In this document: one piece after another, positions 43,001 to 50,962 of the stretch
Layout: each line of letters begins with the position of its first letter
How positions within the stretch are numbered: position 1 is the first letter of the stretch
Source of the DNA: a virus
Lineage: Duplodnaviria; Caudoviricetes
Strand: one strand, 5' to 3'
IMG/VR virus record: IMGVR_UViG_3300013121_000001
Coordinates: 1 to 64,000 of that record
DNA: 64,000 nt
Position numbers and translations under genes: made by a program
The notes under the pieces: model-generated
Database searches by the model: none
Seen by the model: only the letters and a program-made list of their open reading frames with translations
What the model was told of the DNA's origin: nothing

Positions 43001-44200
43001 TTCTTAACTTATTTTGATCCACAGAATGAATCACTTGTAGATAGAATAAACTCTAAGTATCAGTCGTCAAGAATTGATAAGTATTTAGGTAATCGTGCAC
43101 AGTTTGCATTCTTTCACCATGCAGATGAGGCTGTAATTGATACGCTCGCAATAGCTATAGCACAGAACTATGGTATTAAAGACGGTGTACTGAGACACAA
43201 AGATAATCTAGAACAGAACGACAAATCTTTGTGGGAATTATTTACTGTATCTGAGAAAGATGGTGAGGTAGTAATGGATATTGAACTACCAGGCAATTAT
43301 ACTGAAGAGCAAAAGAAAGAATTGAAGGATCAGATATGGATTAAGTATAGAAAGATAGTGCGAGAAGCACAACGATCTGTAATAGGATCTATTTCTGACG
43401 AAGAAATATCTCTACTTAGTACAAATTTATATGGTAATCTTGCACTACAATTTAGAACTTGGTTACCTAATGTGGCATATGAAATGTTTAAAGGACTGAA
43501 GTATGATGAAACATATGATGCAGTAGATATAGGTAGATTAACTGCATTAGCTGATTCGTTCAAAGGATTAGATAGAAAGTCTGGGCTGGGTAAGCACGGT
43601 ACACATATGATATCTACTATGGTTAAACTTCTTGGTGAGGTTTTATTTATTGGTAGAGTGTTTGGATACGATAGACAACTAATAGATACTGAACGTGCAC
43701 AGAATGTATTTAGTCAGTGGCAAGAAAAACATCCGCAGTTAGCTAAGAATGTTACGTTTGACGATTATGTAAAAGCAAGACGTAGACAGATGATAGCTCT
43801 AATTTCACAACTAAGAATACTAGCTATGCTAACTGTAATGATGATGGTTGTGTCGATGGATTGGGATGATGACGATGAAAAGGATTATCGAAAATCATTT
43901 GCAACTAGACACGGATTCAGAATATTAAATAGAATCTATACAGAGTTTGCATCAATGTTGAACCCTGGCGAACTAAATAAGCTTATATCTGGTGGACCAA
44001 TACCTACATGGGGATTAATTACAAGTGTAGCTAAACTATTTAATAACAGCTTAGATGAAATAAGAGACACCTTATTAGGAGAGAACTCATCACAAGATGA
44101 AACTCCTTTCTTTTACTATACTATTGATTTTATTCCATTATTAGATAGACTTAGAAAAATAATGGAGCTTACAGATGCAGACAAGAGATCAACAAGATAG
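40058..44200 (+). CDS. Large RNAP-associated cargo protein with N-terminal PD-(D/E)xK nuclease-like domain
   Basis: GTLVH...FEHRL...GGTADMLV...FDYKT, followed by a long helical region with LALQFRTWLP. Last + strand gene. Confidence 0.65.
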   Translation: MAGSCNINFRTLVNVAGDSGAFASALLKQMDNATTVELLDFLHNNSTLDLDSDRYKLGSKIMKQRPSSLAGKLYEYHGGQDRLALPDTNIQTDAGTLVHEIAASTGQLLTSKLKPGQLVTNEMISSISRQLLQIANDYPGSTKLDIYAINTVASTVAALINEAITTQNKINPNVLPTFRFEHRLLNPVKDIGGTADMLVLYSDNTASYFDYKTFEPAGVDKGWNEDSGNYIKNYGAYKSYRREKWEVSIPAYIQILKDTYKVVGIRHARAIPIATFFKKTDEYVAAVKNKDKLKMEQLQAKGKTRTATVSSIETFVLNNSLLLPAVIQVESTGDNVLDKFIADRYKEIEELRRAGGSSESRARNRARIEELQIAIDRLTTAKDIGAIIDLANKLIIESSSLLKAISENKDIDNRLESIRQLRNELSYYKDITDLTARYLSSLTDQNLKSKVSSSLGEVLTKMSIAKSALDTVYLNEMSTNNLIHKGVSKQELDAGVILFEQDDLLQKWAKGASNSNNPFLVQMKSVHDKLEKQKRDMLKEFERDSEKYFTGLQEFMKQVGWSEQEFIKFIVNKRGNLVHKFSSEMYDLINTAIRERNSSFFINNYTVKDNYEASYKRRLARKEVELKTRFNITEDTKDKSNVKKYEEALQNWIEDNALFIDGHVNEVAWSKQSNVRYFLRRTAEFESKYYSSQYNFMTKHPKLKDWYDFWQRTMYSAKDMLGGNEKVTANLIPWVAKESLELAVARGGNVAQDMLNAVSMNQDDPTEEYDAFGNLIKSVPIMYLSPFKRKTAEGKFEDDLDKKSFNLQKSLMLFMEMAINYDLKTKSEASIMAIKDMMVDFGQVYQLTKQGHVIIDPVTGRPKTGNEVSKDIIDTFNDYMNFYWYGMRISTPDKTINAFGREVSMQKSLLAAKNMYARKVLAFSLHAPLASWAVGRVITTVQGSKGLLFDHTMHANAIKWWAESKASTFSSSGSNGKKYKAFLTYFDPQNESLVDRINSKYQSSRIDKYLGNRAQFAFFHHADEAVIDTLAIAIAQNYGIKDGVLRHKDNLEQNDKSLWELFTVSEKDGEVVMDIELPGNYTEEQKKELKDQIWIKYRKIVREAQRSVIGSISDEEISLLSTNLYGNLALQFRTWLPNVAYEMFKGLKYDETYDAVDIGRLTALADSFKGLDRKSGLGKHGTHMISTMVKLLGEVLFIGRVFGYDRQLIDTERAQNVFSQWQEKHPQLAKNVTFDDYVKARRRQMIALISQLRILAMLTVMMMVVSMDWDDDDEKDYRKSFATRHGFRILNRIYTEFASMLNPGELNKLISGGPIPTWGLITSVAKLFNNSLDEIRDTLLGENSSQDETPFFYYTIDFIPLLDRLRKIMELTDADKRSTR

Positions 44201-44229
44201 AAAAAAAAAGCCCGAGCACTGCTCGGGCT
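44201..44229 (-). terminator. Rho-independent terminator at the convergence of the two gene arms
   Basis: AGCCCGAGC-ACT-GCTCGGGCT hairpin next to an A9 run (U9 on the - strand). Confidence 0.85.
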
Positions 44230-44524
44230 AAACATTCTTTCTATCTATGATTCTATATCTTTTGTATATTACTTCTTTCTTATCAATTCCTTTACGTAGT
44301 ACTGGTCTTTGTATACCTAACTGTTCTACCATAGATATAATAGTATTAAAGTAATAAACCTTATTAGTTTCTAAATCATATACCTTATATCTATCTTCTT
44401 TGTTTTCTTCGAATGGGTTATCTCCCATTACATCTCCTCCTTCTTTTAGAAGATCTTGGAACCAGCCAGCTAATTCGTCTGGCTTAATTCCGAATCTTTC
44501 CATTATCTCTTCTTTACTTGTCAT
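44228..44524 (-). CDS. Small protein with NUMOD1-like DNA-binding segment
   Basis: Probable start MTSKEE at 44524. C-terminal VYDLETNKVYYFNTIISMVEQLGI is NUMOD1-like; no nuclease domain seen. Confidence 0.45.
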   Translation of the reverse strand: MTSKEEIMERFGIKPDELAGWFQDLLKEGGDVMGDNPFEENKEDRYKVYDLETNKVYYFNTIISMVEQLGIQRPVLRKGIDKKEVIYKRYRIIDRKNV

Positions 44525-44882
44525 ATTTCTGTAGTATGTTGTGAACAGTAGTTTGTAATCCACGGCTTTCTTTACCTGCAAAATATGCGGACACTATAAT
44601 ATCTTCTGCGTCTGAAGCACTTAAAGGAACTAATTTTTTTAGATAGTCTATTTCAGACTTCAAATCAGATATAATACTTACAAGCTCATCAATTTTATCT
44701 TGATAGTTATCTACTTCTTTACTATGCTTAATATTATTTTCATCTATTAAGTCATACATATTTGATTCAAATAGAATTTTTATTTCTATCATATTATTAC
44801 ATTCTTCAAGAGCTTTCTTTAAAGCTATTATTTCTGCATTCTTAGCTTTTAAAGATTGTAATATCGCTTCTACGTTATTCAT
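44514..44882 (-). CDS. Hypothetical coiled-coil protein
   Basis: Tightly overlapped ORF with heptad pattern. Confidence 0.6.
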   Translation of the reverse strand: MNNVEAILQSLKAKNAEIIALKKALEECNNMIEIKILFESNMYDLIDENNIKHSKEVDNYQDKIDELVSIISDLKSEIDYLKKLVPLSASDAEDIIVSAYFAGKESRGLQTTVHNILQKYDK

Positions 44883-45157
44883 TTTATATTATTTAAATTG
44901 TAAGCATTAATTATAGAATCTGTGTCTACTACTCGCCAACAACTATTACAACGTACGGCATTGCAAGTTTCTCTTGATTTACTGCCACATTCTTGTATCA
45001 TTGATAAGTTTTCAAGAACAGCTTCTAACTGTGCTTTACAATGAAGTATAGCAAATTCAGTCATTAATGGTACCATTAAATCTATCATTCCTACTACACT
45101 ATTCTCTTTTAAAAACTCTTCTGCTGTTGGTAGTTTATTAGCTAATGGTTCTTTCAT
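44879..45157 (-). CDS. Hypothetical protein
   Basis: Overlapping operon ORF with a small Cys cluster. Confidence 0.6.
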   Translation of the reverse strand: MKEPLANKLPTAEEFLKENSVVGMIDLMVPLMTEFAILHCKAQLEAVLENLSMIQECGSKSRETCNAVRCNSCWRVVDTDSIINAYNLNNIK

Positions 45158-45416
45158 GTACCAACTTTTGTTTTAGCCATTCATCTATCTCTTCATTAGG
45201 ATCGATTGAGTATGTATCAGGCAACCTTTCGTTTATAAATTTTAATAGTTGAACAACTTCTTCGTCTGTATACATTCTTTTAGCCTGCCAATCAGCTCCA
45301 AACTCTACACATTTTAGCATTCTTTTAGCTATTGAATTTGTTTCTGAAGAATCAAAAGAAAATTTCATTGTATTCTCTATAAAATCTGTGGCTTCTTTTA
45401 TAAGTAATTCTTTCAT
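45138..45416 (-). CDS. Hypothetical protein
   Basis: Operon ORF; contains FGADWQAKRMYTDEEV. Confidence 0.6.
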   Translation of the reverse strand: MKELLIKEATDFIENTMKFSFDSSETNSIAKRMLKCVEFGADWQAKRMYTDEEVVQLLKFINERLPDTYSIDPNEEIDEWLKQKLVHERTIS

Positions 45417-45425
45417 TTGTTTTAT

Positions 45426-46124
45426 TTAAAGTTTTATTAGATTACCAAATGATGTTAGTCCTTGTGCAAAATATTCGTCTGTTACACACGAACCATTAGA
45501 ATATATAATATCTCCAATACTATGTTTCATAATACCTGCATTAATCACCCATTCATTGCTATGAATATGACCAAAGCACACTGCTCGTATACCACCACCT
45601 CTATATACAATAAGATTACCTAAGGTTCTATCTCCTACGTGTGTTATACCGCCCCAATCATCTGCATACGCATCAAATATATTTAGCGGCGGTCCGTGTG
45701 TAAGCAATATGTCTGTATCTTCAGGTACAGCATCCCACACTTTACTCATATCCTCTCTAGGCATCTGGAATGCCCAATCAAAATATGCTGGCGTATATGG
45801 TGTACCATATATCTTTAATCCTTCAATCTCTACATAGCTATCTTCTAAATAGACAATACCTGCTTCTTCGAAGTCAGCCTTTGTAAACAGTTCTTTCTGT
45901 ATACAAACGTCATGATTACCTGCTACAAATATCTTATGCTTTACAGGTACATTTTTGTACCAACCTACAAAACTTTTTAGTTCGAGTAGATTTATCTGTT
46001 CGTTTTTACTGTTTGCAGCATCGCCAGTAAATACTACAATATCTATGTCTTTAAACATAGACGTTGGTATTTCTTTATGAAATCCATGTGTATCTGAAAA
46101 ATGATATATGTTTATATTACTCAT
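45426..46124 (-). CDS. Calcineurin-like metallophosphoesterase
   Basis: All five motifs present: SDTHG, GD, AGNHD, LTHGPP, FGHIH. Confidence 0.9.
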   Translation of the reverse strand: MSNINIYHFSDTHGFHKEIPTSMFKDIDIVVFTGDAANSKNEQINLLELKSFVGWYKNVPVKHKIFVAGNHDVCIQKELFTKADFEEAGIVYLEDSYVEIEGLKIYGTPYTPAYFDWAFQMPREDMSKVWDAVPEDTDILLTHGPPLNIFDAYADDWGGITHVGDRTLGNLIVYRGGGIRAVCFGHIHSNEWVINAGIMKHSIGDIIYSNGSCVTDEYFAQGLTSFGNLIKL

Positions 46125-46527
46125 ACCCTATTTCTTTTAAGAAGTTAGATAGTTGAGATGTAATTGATTTTGTATCTACATAAACATCTCCGTCTTCACC
46201 ATAATAAGTTTCACTAGTAGTTCTACCATATCTATCAGGTTTATTTAATTTAACATTCCTAATAATTTTATCAGTATATTTTTCTAACAATTGTTTAAGT
46301 TCTTCTGGTGTGAAGACGTAAATTTTTGTCGGTTTAAACCATTCTTGTGCATAAGATGGATAGTCATGTTCATCTTTTAATCCTCCATCCGTGCTAATTG
46401 ATTTAGCAATAAATTTATAACCCGATTTATCGATAGCAAATACATGATCAGCCATATTGCCATCTAATAGTTCAGGTAATTCTTCACTTACTTTAGTAGG
46501 TATATAAACTGTTTTTAGTTGTTTCAT
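46117..46527 (-). CDS. Hypothetical protein
   Basis: Overlapping operon ORF. Confidence 0.6.
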   Translation of the reverse strand: MKQLKTVYIPTKVSEELPELLDGNMADHVFAIDKSGYKFIAKSISTDGGLKDEHDYPSYAQEWFKPTKIYVFTPEELKQLLEKYTDKIIRNVKLNKPDRYGRTTSETYYGEDGDVYVDTKSITSQLSNFLKEIGYE

Positions 46528-46781
46528 AACAATCTTTTTATAGGTATAAAGTATGATGCGGATTCTAAAGCAAGGATGGCTTCTTCTTCAAACCAAGCTT
46601 GTTCCATATATTCTTGTGACTTAGGCCAAGGTACTAACACGTAACCTATCTTAGCAAGAGCTAACAGATGCATAATAGATTTTAGATCTGGATCTGTATC
46701 AATGTCATCTATTGAATAACGTAAATTAAGTGCTTTACTTATTAAGCCTATTATGTGTTTAAATCTTGAATTTTTACTCAT
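46524..46781 (-). CDS. Hypothetical protein
   Basis: Overlapping ORF; contains YVLVPWPKSQEYMEQAWF. Confidence 0.6.
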   Translation of the reverse strand: MSKNSRFKHIIGLISKALNLRYSIDDIDTDPDLKSIMHLLALAKIGYVLVPWPKSQEYMEQAWFEEEAILALESASYFIPIKRLL

Positions 46782-47331
46782 AGTTTAAAATTTTAAACTG
46801 ATTATCTATTTCAATAATTGAAACGGAATTAAGTTCTTCTATTACTTGCTGGAATGAAGGCTCACCAATAGCATTGTTGGCTGCCCCTAATCCAAAAACT
46901 TTATTAATATCTTTTTGAGTATATTTGTTGTTATCATCTATTGTTACATACCATTTGCCTTCTCTAAAGATAAAGACTTGAGGTAATGAATATACTATAG
47001 AATTATCATTATAAGTAACATTACCTGATTTAATTAAGTTAATCATAGACTGATCTAGAATTATTTCTCTTTCAGTATATGGATTAATTACTGGGACACC
47101 TTCAAATTGAAGTTGTGATTGTGCAATTATTTTATTACCTATTGCATAAGAATCAATGTCATAATTAAACCTATACGTAAGTTCTGAATTATGCGGTTCA
47201 TTATACATCCATTCTCCTTTAGAGAATCCTGTAGGATTCTTATCTATCCAACATAAAACTCCATAAATTTCTTCTGGGTAGTAGATTTTACTACCTTGTA
47301 GTAAAATTGTGCTTTTAGTTATTTTTTTCAT
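46774..47331 (-). CDS. Hypothetical protein
   Basis: Overlapping operon ORF. Confidence 0.6.
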   Translation of the reverse strand: MKKITKSTILLQGSKIYYPEEIYGVLCWIDKNPTGFSKGEWMYNEPHNSELTYRFNYDIDSYAIGNKIIAQSQLQFEGVPVINPYTEREIILDQSMINLIKSGNVTYNDNSIVYSLPQVFIFREGKWYVTIDDNNKYTQKDINKVFGLGAANNAIGEPSFQQVIEELNSVSIIEIDNQFKILNYE

Positions 47332-47939
47332 ATTAATTTTTTTATTACAAAGTAATGTTTACTCCACTCACCTTCTATTTTCCATGTGCCTGATTCCACA
47401 CGAAAATCTAAGGCTTCCAACGCTTTACTAAAGCCTTTTGTATATGCATTAACATATTCATATAATTCAATATCCGTGTGTTGTATACCAATACTGTCAA
47501 ACGCAGTATCGTATGCCATGTGACTTATGTTGAATTTTCCAATAGTTCTTTGATCTTCTAAAGATAGTTGAGAAAAGTCTATCTCACTATTTTCTGCAAC
47601 TATTGGCAAAGCTTTTTGTATTACTGTAGAATGTGGAGTTGCATATGGAAATCCATTTATTACAAAGAAAGAGTTTACATGCTTAGTATTATCTTTGCTT
47701 TGCTGTATCTTATTGTGAATCCATTTTAGATCCCCAACTATTATTGTACGAGGCCCCTCTAGAAAACGCATACCATTAGGTATGTCTTCTGTTTCTAATT
47801 CACATGTTATTACCCAGTGATCTGGTAATACCACTTGTTTTATTTTGTGCAACATGTAATTTTTTCCTTCAGTTCTTTTCATGTTGAGCTTGGATTTAAT
47901 TTTATCCAACGGGTAATCTTTTCTTTCTAGTTTTTTCAT
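47328..47939 (-). CDS. Hypothetical protein
   Basis: ATGA-coupled operon ORF. Confidence 0.6.
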   Translation of the reverse strand: MKKLERKDYPLDKIKSKLNMKRTEGKNYMLHKIKQVVLPDHWVITCELETEDIPNGMRFLEGPRTIIVGDLKWIHNKIQQSKDNTKHVNSFFVINGFPYATPHSTVIQKALPIVAENSEIDFSQLSLEDQRTIGKFNISHMAYDTAFDSIGIQHTDIELYEYVNAYTKGFSKALEALDFRVESGTWKIEGEWSKHYFVIKKLI

Positions 47940-47957
47940 ATTAAGTTTTGATTTAGG

Positions 47958-48206
47958 TTATTCAATTCCTTCAAATAATTTATCCATTAAAGTAGTAGGA
48001 AAAATAATTGATGAGTACTTATTGTTTTGCTCATTTATTTTTCCTCGTAACTCTATAGTTGTTTTGTGAACTTTTCCTAAAGATCTTTCAACTATTTTAA
48101 ATGATTCAATCATTCCACATAAAACATTATATTCTCTGTTTTTTTCATCAAGTAAATGCAGTTCATCCGAAGTGAACTTAGAGTAATATTTGTTTAGATT
48201 TTCCAT
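47958..48206 (-). CDS. Hypothetical protein
   Basis: ORF with an AT-rich leader, directly downstream of the tRNA-like element. Confidence 0.55.
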   Translation of the reverse strand: MENLNKYYSKFTSDELHLLDEKNREYNVLCGMIESFKIVERSLGKVHKTTIELRGKINEQNNKYSSIIFPTTLMDKLFEGIE

Positions 48207-48225
48207 AATTTATGTATTTGTTTAG

Positions 48226-48383
48226 TAGCCGGGATAGGATTTGAACCTATATTCTCCATCAATTCAGCACCGTCTTGGTCGAGAACTTAATAGATGCTTG
48301 TGCTGCGTAATCTATTAATGCGTCTACCAATGTCTACGGCCCCAGTTTTTATCCCAGCGCCATGACAATTTCGCCACCCGACT
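48226..48383 (-). ncRNA. Enlarged tRNA-like RNA (Leu-type scaffold, no canonical anticodon loop)
   Basis: 7-bp acceptor stem AGTCGGG/CCCGGCT plus discriminator A. Perfect T arm ATAGG-TTCAAAT-CCTAT. Split D arm TGGCGAAATTG...GTAGACGC. 9-bp anticodon-position stem and long variable arm. No encoded CCA. Confidence 0.75.
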
Positions 48384-48393
48384 ATCCTTATTA

Positions 48394-48618
48394 TTACAAA
48401 TAATTTTCTTGTAAGAATTTTATTAATTCTTTTACAGATTCATTGTCTAATTGAATGTATGATTCATTTCCAATAGTTATCTGTAAAGAATGTCCTCGTT
48501 TCATATTTCCACGAAAACTATAAAACCGTACTGTTTCCTCTCTACAAGTAGGTACAGGGTTGTCATCTTCTCTGGGTACTTCTACTTGCCCCGTAAGTTC
48601 AACCAATAGTTTTGACAT
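48394..48618 (-). CDS. Hypothetical protein
   Basis: 74-aa ORF in the operon. Confidence 0.6.
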   Translation of the reverse strand: MSKLLVELTGQVEVPREDDNPVPTCREETVRFYSFRGNMKRGHSLQITIGNESYIQLDNESVKELIKFLQENYL

Positions 48619-48627
48619 AATTTGTTT

Positions 48628-48903
48628 TTAGTTTTCAGCTTTACTATCATATATATATTGCTTCAGATTATTTAATTCAATCTGTAATACCTCAATTTCA
48701 AATTCTACTGCTTCTATTTCAGTAGCAGAGTACTCTTCAAGTACTCTTATTTCGTCTCCAATTTTGTGTCCTGGCTTTACTTGAAAGTATGATTTGCCTT
48801 TAGCATCTTGATATACTTTAGTATACCAAAGTCCATCCTTTGGAAAAGACTCGTTGTCTTTTACTACGTGAACTTTATTATCGGCTGTTATTATTCTGTA
48901 CAT
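48628..48903 (-). CDS. Hypothetical protein with C-terminal short coiled coil
   Basis: Overlaps the end of the aaRS-like gene. Confidence 0.6.
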   Translation of the reverse strand: MYRIITADNKVHVVKDNESFPKDGLWYTKVYQDAKGKSYFQVKPGHKIGDEIRVLEEYSATEIEAVEFEIEVLQIELNNLKQYIYDSKAEN

Positions 48904-49897
48904 ATTTTTCTAAAAAGTTTAAAGCTTTTATTAATCTATTTATACCTATGCCACCACCTAAGGTAATCATAGGATTCTCTTCGAGTACTTTGAAGTACTG
49001 TTTCAGTTCATACTCTACTCTTTTCTCGCCAAACTTATCAATTAAGTTCTGGGCATATTGTCCGCCTTGTATGTTATAAAATCTTTCTCTCATTACTTTA
49101 CTATCATTTGAACGTACTGCCGAACCAATGACTTCCATCATCACTATCTGTCCTGTTGGCATTTCAACAGGTAGTAATACATCTATCTTATAGAATGTAT
49201 CCGTTACAGTATCACCGGTATAATTAATATGCTGCATGTTCCAATACGGCTCGTCTATGCCACGGAAGTTAGTGATTAATACTGGAGTATAATCGCCATC
49301 TTGCGCTAGCCTAGCCTCGTCTATGGAGGTTACAGGGCCATTAGGATTAATGTCGCGTGCAGACATCATTCTAACCTTAGTACCAAAGCCAAAGGCTTTA
49401 ATAATATCTAATAAAGTAGATACTAATTTAGCATATGCTTCGTCTATTCTTGTTCCAGCAATAGCTTCAAAGTCAAGCAATAAAAACTTAGCAAGATGTC
49501 TACCATCAATTATCTTACGATAGTCTTCATGTCTAAAACTTGGAGCTATACAATACATGCCATGATACTTACCAAGTTTAAACTCTAAGTCTGTACGTAT
49601 CAACCACTCCATATACATTTGAGTAGTCTGATCTAACGGAAATTCAATCTTATTTGTAAGATCTTCTATGTTAGTACATACAAAATGCCTAAACATATTT
49701 TCATCTATGGTCGAGTATTCAGTTGGTACTCCATAGGTTACCATGTTTGTACTATCTTCACATGCAGATAGTATAGTAGGAATTAAAGGAGGTGCTACCT
49801 GTACATAATTATATTCTGTGTTGTTAGCAATATATTTTTGCCACAATCTTATCACTTTATTAAAGTCTTTGATACTTATATTTTCGTATACTGCCAT
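48878..49897 (-). CDS. Class IIb aaRS paralogue (AsnRS/AspRS catalytic domain only; archaeal AsnA-like)
   Basis: LDQTTQMYME, motif 2 PSFRHE...RHLAKF...DFE, EVIGSAVR and motif 3 GGGIGINRL. About 339 aa from the ATG at 49897, leaving no room for an OB-fold anticodon domain. Confidence 0.8.
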   Translation of the reverse strand: MAVYENISIKDFNKVIRLWQKYIANNTEYNYVQVAPPLIPTILSACEDSTNMVTYGVPTEYSTIDENMFRHFVCTNIEDLTNKIEFPLDQTTQMYMEWLIRTDLEFKLGKYHGMYCIAPSFRHEDYRKIIDGRHLAKFLLLDFEAIAGTRIDEAYAKLVSTLLDIIKAFGFGTKVRMMSARDINPNGPVTSIDEARLAQDGDYTPVLITNFRGIDEPYWNMQHINYTGDTVTDTFYKIDVLLPVEMPTGQIVMMEVIGSAVRSNDSKVMRERFYNIQGGQYAQNLIDKFGEKRVEYELKQYFKVLEENPMITLGGGIGINRLIKALNFLEKYVQNNNSR

Positions 49898-49940
49898 TAT
49901 ATTATTAAGTTTATATTTATAGAATAATCTTTGTAAGATT

Positions 49941-49967
49941 AATATCCCCACTCTTTGTGGGGATATT
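49941..49967. terminator. Perfect 11-bp hairpin (terminator-like or processing site) upstream of the aaRS-like gene
   Basis: AATATCCCCAC-TCTTT-GTGGGGATATT, 4 nt after a - strand stop codon. Weak U-tract. Confidence 0.5.
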
Positions 49968-49971
49968 GAGT

Positions 49972-50142
49972 TTAATCAAGAAGATTATCTTCTATTGCTT
50001 CTTCAAGCAATGCTAATTTAAGTTCATCGAATTCATTTTGTAATGTATCAAGCTTATTCATAAGTTTAATTGTGTTCAATGTACCTAACAACGAAACGAT
50101 TGAAGTTAAGAATAATCCTAATGCAAGAATGTTAATAACCAT
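49972..50142 (-). CDS. Small membrane-anchored protein (56 aa) missed by the ORF track
   Basis: MVINILALGLFLTSIVSLLGTLNTIKLMNKLDTLQNEFDELKLALLEEAIEDNLLD; fills the intergenic gap. Confidence 0.6.
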   Translation of the reverse strand: MVINILALGLFLTSIVSLLGTLNTIKLMNKLDTLQNEFDELKLALLEEAIEDNLLD

Positions 50143-50143
50143 G

Positions 50144-50461
50144 TTATAATGTATCTATTTCTTCTAAAACTTTTACTACATCGTCGTAGCCATTACGTAA
50201 TAAACAAGTTAATACATAATTATTTAATGCAACTCTTAACGGATCCTGTACTACATGTGATACAGGAATAACTTTATTATTACCATTTAATAAATTCTCT
50301 GGCATATTGTTAATAAGCAATGTTCGTTGCTTAATATCAACTGCTTCAACATACCACAACTGTCCATGATACAGAACAGTAAACCTTTCACCACGCGTAC
50401 ATGTCTTAGACCATATACTAATAAGAAATTCATTCATATTAGTTATATTAGAATTAAGCAA
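50144..50461 (-). CDS. Hypothetical protein
   Basis: Operon ORF. Confidence 0.55.
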   Translation of the reverse strand: MLNSNITNMNEFLISIWSKTCTRGERFTVLYHGQLWYVEAVDIKQRTLLINNMPENLLNGNNKVIPVSHVVQDPLRVALNNYVLTCLLRNGYDDVVKVLEEIDTL

Positions 50462-50775
50462 CCATATCTATTGACAAATCTTAATCCTTTTACTGCAAAC
50501 ATATCACCGTCTTCCTGAATAATTGTATATACTTTACCCGTATTATTATTTATTTCTTCAACATCATCTACATTATTTGGTAAGTATATATATTTATCAA
50601 GTCCATCCAGTTCTTTATGCCTTTCATTTACTTTACATTTACTAACGAATGTATCTGTAATGTCACAATATAATTCTGTTTCTACTTTGTTAACTGTTTG
50701 TTTTACAAATGTAGATTCCAGTTTCTTAAGCTTTCTTTTTAGCTTTTTTAGTTGCTTAGTTTCGTATTTGCTCAT
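50443..50775 (-). CDS. Hypothetical protein
   Basis: Operon ORF ending KGLRFVNRYGCLI. Confidence 0.55.
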   Translation of the reverse strand: MSKYETKQLKKLKRKLKKLESTFVKQTVNKVETELYCDITDTFVSKCKVNERHKELDGLDKYIYLPNNVDDVEEINNNTGKVYTIIQEDGDMFAVKGLRFVNRYGCLILI

Positions 50776-50962
50776 ATTCTTTTGTGGTCTTATTGTATAT
50801 TAACGTATCACCATTAACTATAATGGTCTTCTTCTGAAACGATATGTCATGCACACGCTTCATGTTGTGACATATAAAATCTGGTGCTAGTAATTCTAGT
50901 ACTATAAGTATAACAATCGTTACTATTATATTGGGTATGATTCTATAGAGAGCGTATATCAT
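50756..50962 (-). CDS. Small membrane protein
   Basis: N-terminal hydrophobic helix IIVTIVILIVLELL. Confidence 0.55.
   Translation of the reverse strand: MIYALYRIIPNIIVTIVILIVLELLAPDFICHNMKRVHDISFQKKTIIVNGDTLIYNKTTKEYEQIRN

Noticed and set aside
156-43563. Many short - strand ORFs opposite the virion genes (e.g. 38164-38793, 209 aa)
   Set aside because: They are antisense shadows of long coding frames, with Ser/Leu/Ile-biased composition and no motifs.
44228-44581. Homing endonuclease
   Set aside because: Only a NUMOD1-like segment is present, with no HNH or GIY-YIG catalytic motif.
48226-48383. Calling this a functional tRNA-Leu, an intron-containing tRNA or tmRNA
   Set aside because: There is no canonical 7-nt anticodon loop, the inserts are too short for group I introns, and there is no G3-U70 in the Ala orientation and no tag ORF.
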